Shown here: positions 50,149 to 63,889 of the stretch, one piece after another
Position numbering within the stretch: position 1 is the stretch's first letter
Layout of the letters: every line of letters starts with the position of its first letter
Assembly: GCA_026770705.1 (NCBI GenBank)
Contig: JANJGN010000301.1
Location: 496,001-560,000 of the forward strand
DNA length: 64,000 nt
Direction: 5' to 3'
From: Isurus oxyrinchus
Lineage: Eukaryota
Made by a program: the position numbers and the translations under genes
Notes under the pieces: model-generated
Told to the model about the DNA's origin: nothing
Database searches by the model: none
Seen by the model: the letters and a program-made list of their open reading frames with translations, nothing else

Positions 50149-53100
50149 GTAAGAACCACACATTTATTTAGTAACTGTTTTATTTGAGTGTTTGTTTTTT
50201 TTTGTCTATTTTAATAATTCATTCAGCCAACGAAACCTGGGTTTGATGGATTCTGTATGCAGAATTTTTACAATGTTTCATGTGATTCTGCTGAAATTGA
50301 GTTATGTAATTCCGCTGTGTCTTGATAAAAAATGTTGCTGAGGGATTGAGACCCTGGTTGTTGTGATTTGGTATTTATCTGCTGAGGATACTGTGTGGCC
50401 GGGCTTCTTGAAACATCTAACGTTTGTAAAAACAGTTCGACGTTTCTGCAATGTTTAATCTCGGTGACATCTAATGGCTGCGGGTTTTACCATCTGTTGC
50501 ACAAGGGTTTAAACAAGTTTGAAATCAAACCCAATGTTAACAAAATATGCTTAAGTTTCAATATTAATTTATTGAACATGTTCCGCCTACTCACAATGCT
50601 GTTGACATTATTCCATATTTCTGTTTAGTTTAATTATTCATTCATTTGGTGACGAGCGGTAGTCTGGATTCGATATTGAGATTTTCTTGCAATATTACAT
50701 TGGATTCTGTTGGAAGTGTTTGTAGAATTGAGCTGCTTCTCCATGAAACGGGTTTCAGCCCCTCAGTGATGTGATTTGGTGTTTTTCTGCTGAGGAGATT
50801 GTGTGTCTGGGTGACTTTGAACAAGTAGAATTTATGAAACGGTTTGGCGGTTCTGCATTGTTTCTGCTTTGTTTAAACTCGGTGATATTGAGCGGTTACA
50901 CGTTTTGCGATTGAATCGAAGCAGCCTCCGCGTTCGTATCTGCTTGAAGCGCGATTGTAGGCAGAAAACAGACAGGTTTCAGAAATGGGAAAAAAGCTCT
51001 TAAAGATGTGTTAGAACATGTTGTCTTTATTTTAAGTGATAATTGCAGATTAAACTAAACCATGGATTATGGCGCTCATTCAGAATATAATTCGTTACTG
51101 CAATCAGAAACTATATAATTACCACATTTTCAAGTTGTAGAGTAAAACTAATACAATTCAAACAATTATAATGTGGTAATATTTCTCTATATTAACTGAA
51201 CAGCTTTCATATTAACATAATTGATCATTAATCGGCCTTTCATAATTTTGTTGGGCACTGCGCACAATTAACATGCTCGGGAAAGTTTTTAGGCTGGAAA
51301 CATTTTGTGATTTATTAATGAAACAATTTCAATAAGAATATACTGATTCTACAAATTTGGTCAATTTCACATGGGATTTTGAATTATTTGTTATATCGCT
51401 GATAACGGTTGCATTGACTTAAAGAGGAGTTTGACATTTCAGTTTGGCAATGTGTCTATCCGGTTGTTACGTTCTTTCTGTGCAGCTGTAACCATATTAT
51501 TCCTTCAATGTCATTGGGATTTGGATAGCGAGACAATTGTCACTAATCTAATCTTAAACAGTTTTCTGGGGTTGGTGGGGGTGAGGGGTGGAATTCGCTG
51601 GCAGTAAATGAATTGTTCTTACGTTTTTTTGAACTGTAGGAAGGTGCAGATTGCATATGAATAGAGATTGACAAGGAAAGGCTTGAAATTAGAACAAATT
51701 AATTTAATTGCAAACATTAATGTTAGTTTTGATTTTAATAACAACATCCTGTCTATCAGAGCTGTACTGTGCACAGGTTAGGATTATAGGAGAAGAACAG
51801 ATTATATCTGAGATTCATGCTTAATTCTTATTAAATATTAAATTGAAGAACAAAATCTCGATTCAATTTGCTGATTATATTTCAGTGTCACAGATGATAT
51901 GAATGAACTGTTCTCATCAAGTTTTATATTGATCAGTTTGGATCTTCTTTCAATGAACAAAAATGTAACAATTAAAGAATAGGGATTTTTATCAAGGAAA
52001 CATTTTATTGATAATAAGTAACTGCCAGGAACATTTTCTTACATATAGTTTGGAGTTAAGAAAAGTTTCCTTTAGCAAACAGATGATATTACAGCTCATC
52101 GACACTTAATGCGATGTGAACCCGGCCAGATTTGAAAGTATTTCCAATATTCCACTGATAAATTCACCCTGTGAATTACTCGATGAGAATAGATGGAATT
52201 TATGATTTCTCAATGCGTTCGGAAACACGCATAGCTTGCAATATTGTTGGTTAAATCAGAGCAGTAGAAGTAGAAGCAAAATCGTATATCGTGCTTAGAT
52301 TTAAGTAAAATTGATACACTTGCCTGAATGTTACCATCTAGCAATTTGCAGTTTATTGTTTAACATTGTTTCAGTGTCAGGTTGATTTAAATAAACCCCA
52401 ATTATTTCACTAAGTACCAGGGAGAAACAAATTTTCAATTTTTGAAAACCATTTTTAATATTATAGAGTAGAAATCAGCTGACAAGAAAATGAGTCGGCA
52501 ATAACAAGATCATTAGCTTACAATATAATATTAGTGATAATTAATTCAACATAAATGTGCTCCAACAACTAAATAGTATAATGGTCATTATAATGAATGC
52601 AAAATCTCAATGGAGAGAATTTTTAATTGAATCCGAAATTAATTTAGAAAAGAATACTTTTCTTACTCAGCTGTGCTCAGATCGGTAAGGAATTCCGCCT
52701 TGATGTTTTTATTGGTTCTATTCATACCTAAAATCAAATCAAATCAGCGGGTAATCGGTTTTCAATATGAATGTTTCCTGATTTGTTTAATTCTTACCCT
52801 GTCATTGAGTCTCTGTTATGGACACCAAATTATCTTGAACCTGTAATTTTTGCTGTGCTCATTTTCAGGGTAACTTAAATCCTATATTATTTGGAGATTC
52901 GAGACAGATCAGAGAGAATTAGATGGACTTAAAAGGGAAGTTTGAAATGAAAATCAGATTAATTTCAAAGAAGTTATAGAATAATTGTAGTAAATTGACC
53001 GTTGATCAATTAGAATCAAACAGCTTGAGTGAAATGGACAGATTGAACAGATCTCTCTGCTGGGAACTCGCTTGTTGCACCATTTGTGTCTGTTCTGTTT

Positions 53101-54849
53101 CAGTGCGTGTGCTCATTGTGCTGGGACCAAGAATCTTCCTGACTGGTTGAAAACCGTCTGGTTCACTCTCCTGTATTTCAGGAAGTGTAATTTGATTTAT
53201 TTCTTCAAAAAACTTGTATCTGTGAGAAATGTGAAAGTTTGACTTTTTGACCAGGCACCTCAGAAATGAGATGCCGAACCCATTGTGACAGTCAGAAAGG
53301 ACAATTCAGAAATGACAGACAAACTGTTGAAGGAGATTTGGTTGATTGTAAACCAGTGATATATCTGTCTTGGGAGTGTTCGGTTAGGCAATGCAGAGAG
53401 AGTTTTATCCTCTTTTAATCCGTGCTGTAGCAGTCCTTGACCTATTTGGTTGGACAATATGGAATAAGAAATTAGCCTGTATCTTATTTTTAATCCTGTC
53501 ATAGGATGTTGGGGTCGCTGGCAAGGCCAGCATTTGTTGTCCATCCCTAATTACCCCTTGAGGAAGTGTTGAAATGCCGCCTCCTTGAATAGCTGCAGGT
53601 TCACTCACAGTGCTGTTAGGAAAGGATTTCCAGGATTTTGACATATTGAGAGTGAAGACACGGTGATATCATTCCAAGTCAGGATGGTGGGTGCCTTGGA
53701 GGGGCGCGTACAGGTGGCAGTGTTCCCAAGCACTTGCTGCCCTTGTCCTTCTAGTTAGGAGAGGTTGCAGGTTTTGACGGTGCTGCTGAAGGAGCCTTGG
53801 CGAGTTGCTGCAGTGCATCCTGTATATGGTACATACTGCTCTCACTGTGCGTCTGTGGGGGAGGGTGTGAATGTTTAAGTGGATGGGCTACCAATTCTGT
53901 GGGCTGCTTTGTCCTGGATAGTTTCGGGTTTCTTGGGGTTTGTTGAAGTTTCACTCATTGAGGCAAGTGAAAACTATTCAATCCCAGTCCAGACTTGTGA
54001 CATGTAGATGGTGGGTTGTTTTTGGGTGAATTACTCGCCAGTGAATTCCCAGCCTCTGACCACCTCTTGCAGCCACAGCATTTATATCGAAACTGGATTG
54101 AACCCTCTTCTGGGCATACTTCATAGGACAATGTAGAGGGAGTTTTATTTTATATCAAACCAGTACTGTACCTGCCCCGGAGTGTTTGGCAGTTCAATGG
54201 AGAGTTGGCTTTCTGTTGAATCCCACCCTTGCAGCTGATGACAGGAGTGTACCGGAGGAGGAGTGGGGGATTTAATCCATATCTTAACTTGTCCTGTTAC
54301 TGACCAGACAGTCTTTTCCCCGCAGATGTCAAACAAACTGAATCAGTAATTGGCTGTGAGTCCTCTAGCCAGATCTGTGAAAATAAATTGCTCCATTGCT
54401 CGCTTGAAATGACACACATTAATTGTTTTTAACCATATTTCTGGAGCGAATATGTATAAATTTTAATGAATTAATTATGTTTCAGCATTTTGAGTATCAG
54501 AAAATCATTGAATGTGAGTGAGCTGAACTTGAGCACAATTTCAGAATCAGGGAGGGACAGTGAGTTTCCAGAGGGCAGCGCCTGTTCTGATCTGATCAGG
54601 GGCTGCGAGTTATTTAAACAATTGAAATGGACAATGACCATCCTCCCGCTCCAAATAGCCAGCCGTGGGGGATTTGGGGAAAAGGAGCAGCCATCAAAAA
54701 CTGAGTCATTGGATTGCCGCCTGCAGGGGGAGGAATGAATGACAGAAATAAGGGACCAAGAGGACATTCGGCCCTTCGATCCTGTCCTCCATTCAGTAAG
54801 ATCATGGCTACTCTACCTCGATACACTCAGTGTCTTTACCACAGACCCT

Positions 54850-55581
54850 CAATCGCTCACTCTCTCTGTCACACCCGCTCTCTTTGTCACACACACACAG
54901 TCTCACATTTTCCCGCTCACACACAAATTCTCTTTAACTTGTACACATTCTGTCTCTCACACATTGCCTCTCTCTTTCACACACACTCTCACACAGACAC
55001 TCACATTCTCTCATACACATGCTCTCTCAAATATACACACTCTAACACAGGTGCACACTATCTCTCTCACACACACATGCAATCTTTCTTTCTCACACAT
55101 GCACTCTCTCTCACATTCACAAACACATGCACACTCCCTCACTTTTACGCACACCCACTCTCTCTCTCTCACATACATGCATCGTCTCTCCCACACACAT
55201 ACACACTCTCACACATGTACACACTCTCCATTCTCTCTCTCTCACACACAGAAACACAAACACATTCCCTCTCACACACACTTTCTCTCACACCTGCGCT
55301 CTCTCTCATTCTTTCTCTCTGATACAAACATTGGCTCTCTCTTTCACACACTCTTTCTCTCCCACACACACGTTCACTCTCTCACACACTTTCTCTCACA
55401 CATTTATACGACCAATCACTCACACCCCTACACACTCTCTTTCTCTCTCTCTTTCTCTCTCTAACTCTCACACACACACAGCAGCGCTCTCTTATACATA
55501 CATTTCCCTATCTCAGACACTCTCACACTTATACTCCCTATGACATGCACAGAAAAACACACTTTCCCCCTCTCACACACA

Positions 55582-55619
<38 letters not shown>

Positions 55620-55820
55620 GTCTTTCTCTCCCACACACACATTCTCCATTTCACATACTCTCACGCATATACTCCCTATCTCACACACACACACACTCTC
55701 TCTCACACACACTCCATCTCTCTCTGTCTCTGTCTCTCTCTCTCTCTTAAAAACACACAAACACTTGCATGCACTCTCTCTCTCTCTTTATCACACAGAC
55801 ACTCACACATTCTCACACAC
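54850..55820. repeat. Compound (CT)/(CA) microsatellite
   Basis: Direct inspection. Confidence 0.92.
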
Positions 55821-56217
55821 AGAAGTGGGCTGAAAATGCTAACTGCAGAATGAAAATCCGTTAAGCTGCATGCGTGTTCATTGTTCCATTTCTGATGCCT
55901 TTTTGTGTAAAATGAAATTACACAGGTGAAATCACTATATATGTGGAGAATTGCCAAGTGTTGAACCAAACACAAAGAAGCAAGGAAAGGGGAGGGATGT
56001 GACGGAGACCACAGCCGGCTGGATCCCCAATACCAGTGCACAGTTGGTGCAAGATGCATGCACGGTCCATCCTGGTTTTGCTGTAACCTTCCCCTCCAGC
56101 CCCCTCAGTCTGCCTATTCGTGTACTGACATGGGTTTCTCAAAGAAAGGCATCGGCATTAAAGCAGCTGGCCAGCGATCTACACTGCTGCCTAACTTTAC
56201 ACAGCCGGTGTTACTGA

Positions 56218-56403
56218 AAGCTGATCAATCTGGAGAATTGGGACAGGATCGATGGAAATGAAGAGGAGGAGGTGGAAGTGGTGGAGCTGAATGGAGGAGC
56301 CCCCAGCTCGGCTGTGGACAACAGGCAACGGAAAACTGAGCCGGAGCAGAAAATCATCTGGAGAAACATCACCTTGATGAGCCTACAGCACCTGGGCACC
56401 CTC
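56218..56403 (+). pseudogene. SCD: Stearoyl-CoA desaturase N-terminal fragment
   Basis: QKIIWRNITLMSLQHLGTL matches the conserved SCD motif VWRNIILMSLLHLGAL; no ATG in frame; homology ends abruptly. Confidence 0.75.
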
Positions 56404-57405
56404 ACTACCCACAATCACTCACCCTCACTCACCCTCACTCACTCACCCTCACTACCCACAATCACTCACCCTCACTCAATCTCACTCACTCACTCACCCT
56501 CACTCCCTCACACTCACTCCCTCACCATCATTTCTTCACCCTCACTCACTGGCCCTCACTCACTGGCCCTCAGCCACCCTCGCTCACCCACCATCACTCA
56601 CTCAGCCTCACTCCCTCACCCTCACTCCCTCGCCCTTACTCACTTGCACTCTCTTGCTCACCCACCCTCACTCACCCACCCTCACTCACCCACCCTCACT
56701 CACCCACCCTCACACACCCACCCTCACTCACTCACCCTCACTCACTCACCCTCACTCAGGCACCCTCAGTTATCCACCCTCACCCACCTTCACACACCTT
56801 CCTTGACTCACCATCAATTACTCACTCACCTTCACTCACTCACCCCTCACTCACACCCCTCACTCTCTCACCCATCACTCTCTCATCCATCACTCACGCA
56901 CCCTCACCATCCTCACTCACCCTCACTCAACCTCACTCCTCACTACCACTCACTCACTCTTACTCACCCTCACTCACCCTTACCCACCCAGCCGCATCCA
57001 CCCTCACTCACCCACCCTCACTCACCCTCACACACTCACCCCCACCACACCCTCATTCACTCACCCTCATTCACTCACCATCAATTACTCACCCTCACTC
57101 ACACACCCTCAGTCACCCTGACCCACCCAGCCTCATTCACACTCATCCACCCACCCTGATATACCCAGTCACCATCACTCACATATGCACCCTCACATAC
57201 CCACCAACCCTCAATCACCCACTCATCTACCCTCATTCAAACACCTGCCCTCACTCACTCATATCATTCTCACTCACCCACAATTAGACACCCACCCACG
57301 CTCACTCACTACCCACCCTCATTCACTCCTTCAATCACCCACGCACCCTCACGCACTCAGCCACCCACCCTCACTCTGTCAATTATGCACACGCTCACTC
57401 ACTCG
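56395..57405. repeat. C-rich (CACTCACCCT)n repeat
   Basis: Direct inspection. Confidence 0.92.
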
Positions 57406-57587
57406 ATCACTTTTCCTAAATCAGTGTGTGGGAGGGCGGGAACTGCGGGGAAGAGAGACTTAGAAGCGAGGCCTGAGGCCTCACAGTGTCAGAAGGTGGA
57501 GCATGGCCGAAGGGAGCGATTAGCATCAGTGGAAAGATCAGAGAGCCAGGCGAAAGCGCAGGGACCCTTAGAGTAAGTGCAGTTGGC

Positions 57588-59525
57588 TGGGGGAAAGGGC
57601 AAAGAGGCGTGGGAGATAGGGCATAGAGGGTGCAGCACGGCAGAGAGGAGGGGGAGGGGGAGGACATGGCAGAGAAGCCTGGTAGGAAGGGCAGAGAGCT
57701 GGGGAAAGGTCAGTGAGAAGTGGAGTAAGGGGCAGAGAGGCGTGTTGGGGAAAGGGCAGAGAGGGGAGGGGGAAAGGGCAGAGAGGTGGGGGGAGAAAGG
57801 GCAGGGAGTTGGGAGGGGGAAAGGCAATGAGGCGGGAAAGGGCAGAGAGTCGATGGGAAGGGCAGAGAGCCGGGGGAAAGATTGTATAGCCAGTGGAAAA
57901 GGTCAGAAAGAGGAGCAAAAGCATAGAGAGCCATGGAGTAGGTGCAGAGAACTGGGGGAGAAAGGGCAGAGAGGTGGGAGGGGGAAAGGGCAGAGAGGTA
58001 GGGGGGGGGGAGGGCAGAGAGGCGGGGGATGGGCAGAGGGGGGAGGGCAGAGAGGTGGGGGTAGGAGGGCAGAGGGGGAAAGGCTAGAGAGGCAGACAGG
58101 GAAAGGGCAGAGCGGCGGGAGGAGGAAGGGGCAGGGAGGTGGGAAGGGGAAAGGCAGAGAGGTGATGGGAAGGGCAGATAGCTGGGGGAAAGATCATAAA
58201 GCCAGTGGGAAAGGTCAGAGAGCAGAGCAAAAGCACAGGGAGCCGTGGAGTATGTGCAGAGAACTGGGGGAGAAAGGGCAGAGAGGCGGGAGAGGGAAAG
58301 GGCAGAGAGGCGGGAGGGGGAAAGGGCAGAGAGACAGGAGGGGGAAAGGGCAGAGAGGCGGGAGGGGGAAGGGCAGAGAGGCGGGAGGGGGAAAGGGCAG
58401 AGAGGCGGGAGGGGGAAGAGCAGAGAGGCGGGAGGGAGAAGGGCAGAGAGGCGGGAGGGGAAGGGTAGGGAAGCGAGGAGTGGATAGTGCAGAGAGGCAG
58501 AGAGGGAAAGGATAGAGAGTCAGGAGGGGTAAGGGCAGAGAGTCCGAAGGGGAAGGGCAGAGGGGCAGAGGTGGGAAGGGCAGAGATTTGGGAGGGGGAA
58601 AGGGCAGAGAGGTGGGAGGGGGAAAAGGCAGAGAGGCGGGAGGGGGAAAGGGAATGGAGGTAGAGGGGGGAAGGGCAGAGGGACAGAGAGGGAAAGGGCA
58701 GAGAGGCCAGAAGGGGAAAGGGAAGGGAGGTAGAGGGGGGAAGGGCAGAGAGGCAGGAGGGGGGAGGGCAGTGAGGCAGAGGAGGAAAGGGCAGGGGTGG
58801 AAAGGAGAGAGGCGGGTGGAAAGGGCAGAGAGACAGGGGAAGGGCAGAGAGACAGAGGTACGAAGGGCAGAGAGGCAGAGGTGCGAAGGGCAGAGAGGCA
58901 GAGAGGAAAGCGCAGGGAGCTAGAGGGGGAAGGGCAGGGAGGCAGAGGGGGAAAAGACAGGGAGGCGGGAGGGGGAAGGGCAGGGAGGCGGGAGGGGGAA
59001 GGGCAGGGAAACGGGAGGGGGAAGGGCAGGGAGCTGGTGGTGGAAAGGGCAGACAGGAGGGAGGGGGATAGGGCAGAGAGACGGAGGGGGAAAGGGCAGA
59101 GAGGCGGGAGGGCGAAGGGCAGAGAGGCGGGAGGGGGGAAGGCAGAGGGGCAGAAGGGGAAAGGGCAGGGGGAAGGGCAGAGAGGCAGTGGAGGACAGAG
59201 AGGCAGGAGGAGGAAGGACAGGGAGGCGGGGGTGGAAAGGGCAGAGAGGAGGGAGGGGGAAAGAGTAGAGAGGCGGGAGGGCGAAGGGCAGAGAGGCGGG
59301 AGGGGGGAAGGCAGAGGGGCAGAAGGGGAAAGGGCAGGGGGAAGGGCAGAGAGGCAGTGGAGGACAGAGAGGCAGGAGGAGGAAGGACAGGGAAGCGGGG
59401 GGGTGGAAAGGGCAGAGAGGCAAGGGGGAAAGGGCAAAGTGGCGGGGGGTGGCGGGGTGGGGGGGTGGAAAGGCAGAGAGGCCGGAGGGGAATGGGCAGA
59501 GAGGCCGGAGGGTGGGCGAAGGGCA
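57588..59525 (+). repeat. G/purine-rich tandem repeat (GGGCAGAGAGGCGGGAGGGGGAAA)n
   Basis: ~2 kb, T-poor top strand, internal block duplications (57840-57990 vs 58153-58290). Confidence 0.93.
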
Positions 59526-59974
59526 GCGAGGCAGGCTATAGCGGGGAGATCAGGGCATCAGCAGTTGTGAGCCGAGGCCCCAGGCGCCCTGGGCCCCACT
59601 CTCTCTATCTCTCTCTCTCATTGTCTCTCCTCCTCCTGAAATCCTTTCCATTCCCGGGGAAAGGCACTCAGTGCCTGGGATAGAAGGGAGACAATGTCTC
59701 TGTGCGCTTCCCCCCGGCTCCCTGCGCATTTCTCCAGCAGGTGCTCGCTGCCCCTCCAATCACAACCTGTTTGCTTCCCACTTTTACTGCTGATAGGCCC
59801 ACCAGTCAGCCTATCAGCAGTTAACGGGTAGAAGACTCGCCTGTGATTGGAGGAGCAGCTCCTTCCAGATATCTTCAACTCCACTTACCTGCCTGACCAG
59901 CATTTTGAACAACATCTCCGGGGGCCATATGGAGGGGCTTCAGGGGCTCTTATCCAGCCACAGGACACGGATTG

Positions 59975-61585
59975 GACAAGCCTGTAATGAAGGAAAATAA
60001 GGAAATGGGCGGAGAAGTTGGCCAAATATTTTGGCCTTAACGAGGTGGTTACTAAAATAGCAGAGGCATTGGTTTAATTTTCCAAACTCCCCTGGATTCT
60101 GGAAAAGTCTCATCAGATTGGAAAATAGAGAATGAGGCTTTTATATCAAATAAAAGAGGTAACGGGAAAGCAAGAACCGATAGGCCAGTTAGCTTAACAT
60201 CTGTCCGAGCGAAAATGATGGAATCTATTATTAAGGATCCTATCACGGGTCACTAAGGAAATCCAAATGCAATTACGTAGATCCATCATGGTTTTGTGAC
60301 AAGTGGAGTGCCACAGGGATCAATGCTGCGGCCTGAACTATTTACAATTTACATCAATGACTTAAATGAAAGGACTGAATGAATTTGCTAAGTTTGCTGA
60401 TGACACACAGATAGATAAGAGAGTAAGTGGTGAAGAGGGGATAAAGGTCAGCAAAGGGACATAGATAGGTTATAGGAGTGGGCAAAAAAATGACAGAGTA
60501 TAACGTGGGAAAATATAAACGTGCCCACTTTGGCAGGAAGAATACAAAAGCTGCATATTATTGAAAGGGAGAGAGATTGCTGAACTCTGAGGTACAGAGG
60601 GATGCGGATCCCTTGCTGCATGAATCACAAAAAGTTATAATGCAGGAACAGCAAGTAATGAGGAAGGCAAAGGGAATGTTGTCATTTATTACAAGGGGAA
60701 TTTATACTCTGTCATTTTTTTGCCCACTCCTATAACCTATCTGTATCCCTTTGCTGACCTTTATGCCCTCTTCACCACTTACTCTCCTATCTATCTTTGT
60801 GTCATCAGCAAATTTAGCAAATTCATTCAGTCCTTTCATTAAAGTCATTGATGTAAATTGTAAATAGTTGAGGCCACAGCATTGATCCCTGTGGAACTCT
60901 GCTTGTCACAAAACCATGATGGATCTACGTAATTGCATTTGGATTTTCTTAATGACCCGTGATAGGATCCTTAATAATAGAAAATAATATAAAAGTAAAG
61001 ATGGTTTGTAACAGTTTAACGAGGCGTCAATGCGGCCTCGTCTGAATTACTGTGTACAGATTTAGTCTCCTTTAAGAAAGGATATAAAAGCATTAGAAGT
61101 TGTTCAGAGAATGTTCATTCAACTGATACTGGGAAGTGTCATCGGTTATCTTATGAGGAAAGTTTGGATAGGCCTGTATCTATTAGAGTTTAGAAAAATA
61201 AGAACTGATTTTATTGAAACATATAAGATCCTGGAGGAAAATGACAGGGTGGATGCTGAAAGGATGTTTCCGCTTGTGGGAGAGACTAACGATAGGCAAC
61301 AGAGTTTAAAAATAGGTCTCCCATTCTGGCGGAAATGAGGAGATTTTATATTTTTCTCTAAGGGTAGTGAAAGTTTGGAACTGTCTTTCCCAGAGAGCGA
61401 TGGAGGAGGAGTCATTAATATTTCAAGGCAGAAGTAGAGAGATTCTTCATTGACAAGTGAGTCAAAGATGAGCGGAGAGTAGGCGGGAGTTAACGCCACA
61501 ATCAGATCAGCTATGATCGGAGTGAATGGTGGAGGAGGCTCAAGAGGCCGAATAGCCTACTCCTGCTACTGATCCACATGTTCAC
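59975..61585 (+). mobile_element. CR1 LINE with an internal inverted duplication
   Basis: RPVSLTSV, SGVPQGSML, KFADDT, RTDFIETYKIL; CR1 3' end. Confidence 0.9.
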
Positions 61586-62132
61586 ATGTACATACGATTG
61601 GAAAACGTCGTACTTACTGTAACTGGTATTCAATTTAGAGCTCTATGGTCACTAGTAAGGTACCATTGCAAAGGTACCTTCGGAGAGTCGTTGCTATTCT
61701 TTGTTTTGGGGGTCATGGAGCGGGGAGTAAATTTGAACATAGCCAGTTTCCAAACTGCAATGATATAAATGACGAGACAATTTCTCTATCACCAAGTGCT
61801 GTTGATTGAGAAATAAATGGTGCCAAAATAATGGGGAAGATGCTCTGCTCTTCCATTTTAATCCACTGAAAGGTACGTCATTCAGATGACATCAAAATGT
61901 TCTCTTTTAGCAATGGGATAGAAGCGGAAAAAGAGGTGTGGGTTTCTAAAGAGGGAACCGACAGGCGAGGATCACCAAATGATGGAAATAATAAATGATG
62001 AAATGTGGATGTGGGTTTTAGTTGGAATATATTTGGATATGTTTATAGTTATAGTTTAATTTCAAGTTGTTTGGTTACTTAATGATCACAATTCACAGAG
62101 TCTAACTTGTTCAATCGGCCATTCTTTCCCAG

Positions 62133-62432
62133 TGACACCGTCTTCGCCCACTCTCTACAGCCTGGTCTCCTCCTGTCAGCAACAAAACACCGACGGCTCC
62201 GTCACCTATGGCTGTTTGGCGATGGACTACTCCCCAGAAATCACAAGCTTGACCTGGAAGAAAGATGGGCAGCAGATTACCACTGGATTTAAGACATACC
62301 CGTCAGTGAGAAACCAGAAGGGAACCTACACCCTGAGCAGCCAATTAACCATCACCGAGTCAGAGGGAGAATGCAGCAAAATCAAGTGTGAGGTTCGACA
62401 CAGCGTCTCAGACAAGAGCGTTGAAATGCAAT
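62133..62432 (+). CDS. IGHM: IgM Cmu1 exon
   Basis: TTTCCCAG acceptor; [14 protein letters not shown]...[19 protein letters not shown]; GTAAGT donor; 300 bp. Confidence 0.97.
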
Positions 62433-62646
62433 GTAAGTGTTGGGGAACGTGTGAGAAACAGAAAGGCTGTGATTGACCTGTATAGGGCCTTGGTTATAAC
62501 ACATTAATAGTGCTCTGCATAGTTCTGATCCCTGGAAATTCCAGGTTAGTGTCCATTGACTGCAAAGAACCTGTTAAAATATAAGAACTCATTGTATCTG
62601 TTATCAATTTCTTCTGCAAGAAATGGCTAACCTGTGTTTTTTGAAG

Positions 62647-62961
62647 GTCCTCCTGACATCTTACATCCAACTGTTCTCCTCACCGTGAGCTCCAAGGAAG
62701 AAATCACAACGAACAAATTTGCAACCGCCGTCTGTTCAATCATCGATTTCCGTCCGAAGCCAATCACCGTGAAGTGGCTGAAAAATGGACAACCCATGAG
62801 TTCAGGAATTATCACCCCTCCCGCCTTTGAAATGAACGGGAACTTCTCGGCGACCAGTCGGCTGAAAGTCTCCGCTGGGGAATGGTTCAGCGACGCAGTG
62901 TATACCTGTCAGGTCACTCACCAAGGGGTCACCCAAAGTCGAAACGCCACCAAGTGTGAGG
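62647..62961 (+). CDS. IGHM: IgM Cmu2 exon
   Basis: HPTVLL...[16 protein letters not shown]...[14 protein letters not shown]; phase-1 splice sites. Confidence 0.96.
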
Positions 62962-63577
62962 GTAAGAAATACAAACCGTGGAAGCAATAGAGCATTCTGC
63001 ACTCCAATGTTAATCAAATCAGGAATTTATTGGAGTTAGTAGAAAGCACAGAACAACTTCTAATTTACTATCATATAGTTGGTGTTTCATTCCAATGTAA
63101 GTGCTGCATTCGGATTATTCACCATTCAGGATTTGATCACATCACGTCTCTGCATTGACGTCATAGAGTGAGTGAGGTGGACTTGATATCAGCTTTGCCT
63201 TGAGTCAGCTGATCATATTTGGAGAGGCAGAAGGTGTCTGGAACCCTTCACTGGTAACAGCTTCGAGATAGAGTGTTGGAAAGTGCTATTTATAAAACAG
63301 CTTTCAGTCCTGCATTCCAGGGCCCATGAATGATACATTTGTATTGGGACTGGGGCAACGCAGATTCATGAGAATGTTACCGGGGCTGAACGACTTAAAT
63401 TTTGAGAACAATGTACACAGACCAAGCTGGTTTTCCATTGTGTAAAGAAGATTAAAAACAATAGTTAGAGGTTGATATGTCCAAGGTGATTTATTCTCCT
63501 TCAGAGAGTGAAAGCTGAATACTGCTGTCCTGCTCCTGAAGGTGAAACTTTGGTTGATTTTCATTTCTGTCTCACAG

Positions 63578-63889
63578 GTGATCACCAATGCCACAACGAT
63601 CCCACAATTACTCTATTGCCACCTCCAATAGAACAAGTCTTACTGGAAGCGACCGTGACCTTAACCTGCATCGTTTCTAATGCTCCTTATGGAGTCCTCG
63701 TGTCCTGGACACAAGAGAAGAAGCCTTTGAAATCAGAAATCGCCGTCCAACCTGGAGAGGATCCCAACAGCGTGGTCAGCAACGTAAACATCTCGACACA
63801 AGCCTGGCTGAGTGGGGCTGAGTTCTACTGCGTGGTGAGCCATCAGGATCTGCCGACTCCTTTAAGAAGTTCCATCCACAAGGAACCAG
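63578..63889 (+). CDS. IGHM: IgM Cmu3 exon
   Basis: [21 protein letters not shown]...W...[13 protein letters not shown]; GTGAG donor. Confidence 0.96.

Noticed and set aside
57482-57488. Isolated CACAGTG heptamers here and at 8016
   Set aside because: No acceptable nonamer at 12 or 23 bp and no adjacent coding segment
54714-59683. Long His/Thr/Ser- and Gly/Arg-rich ORFs
   Set aside because: Low-complexity repeats lacking stop codons by composition; only the SCD-like start is meaningful
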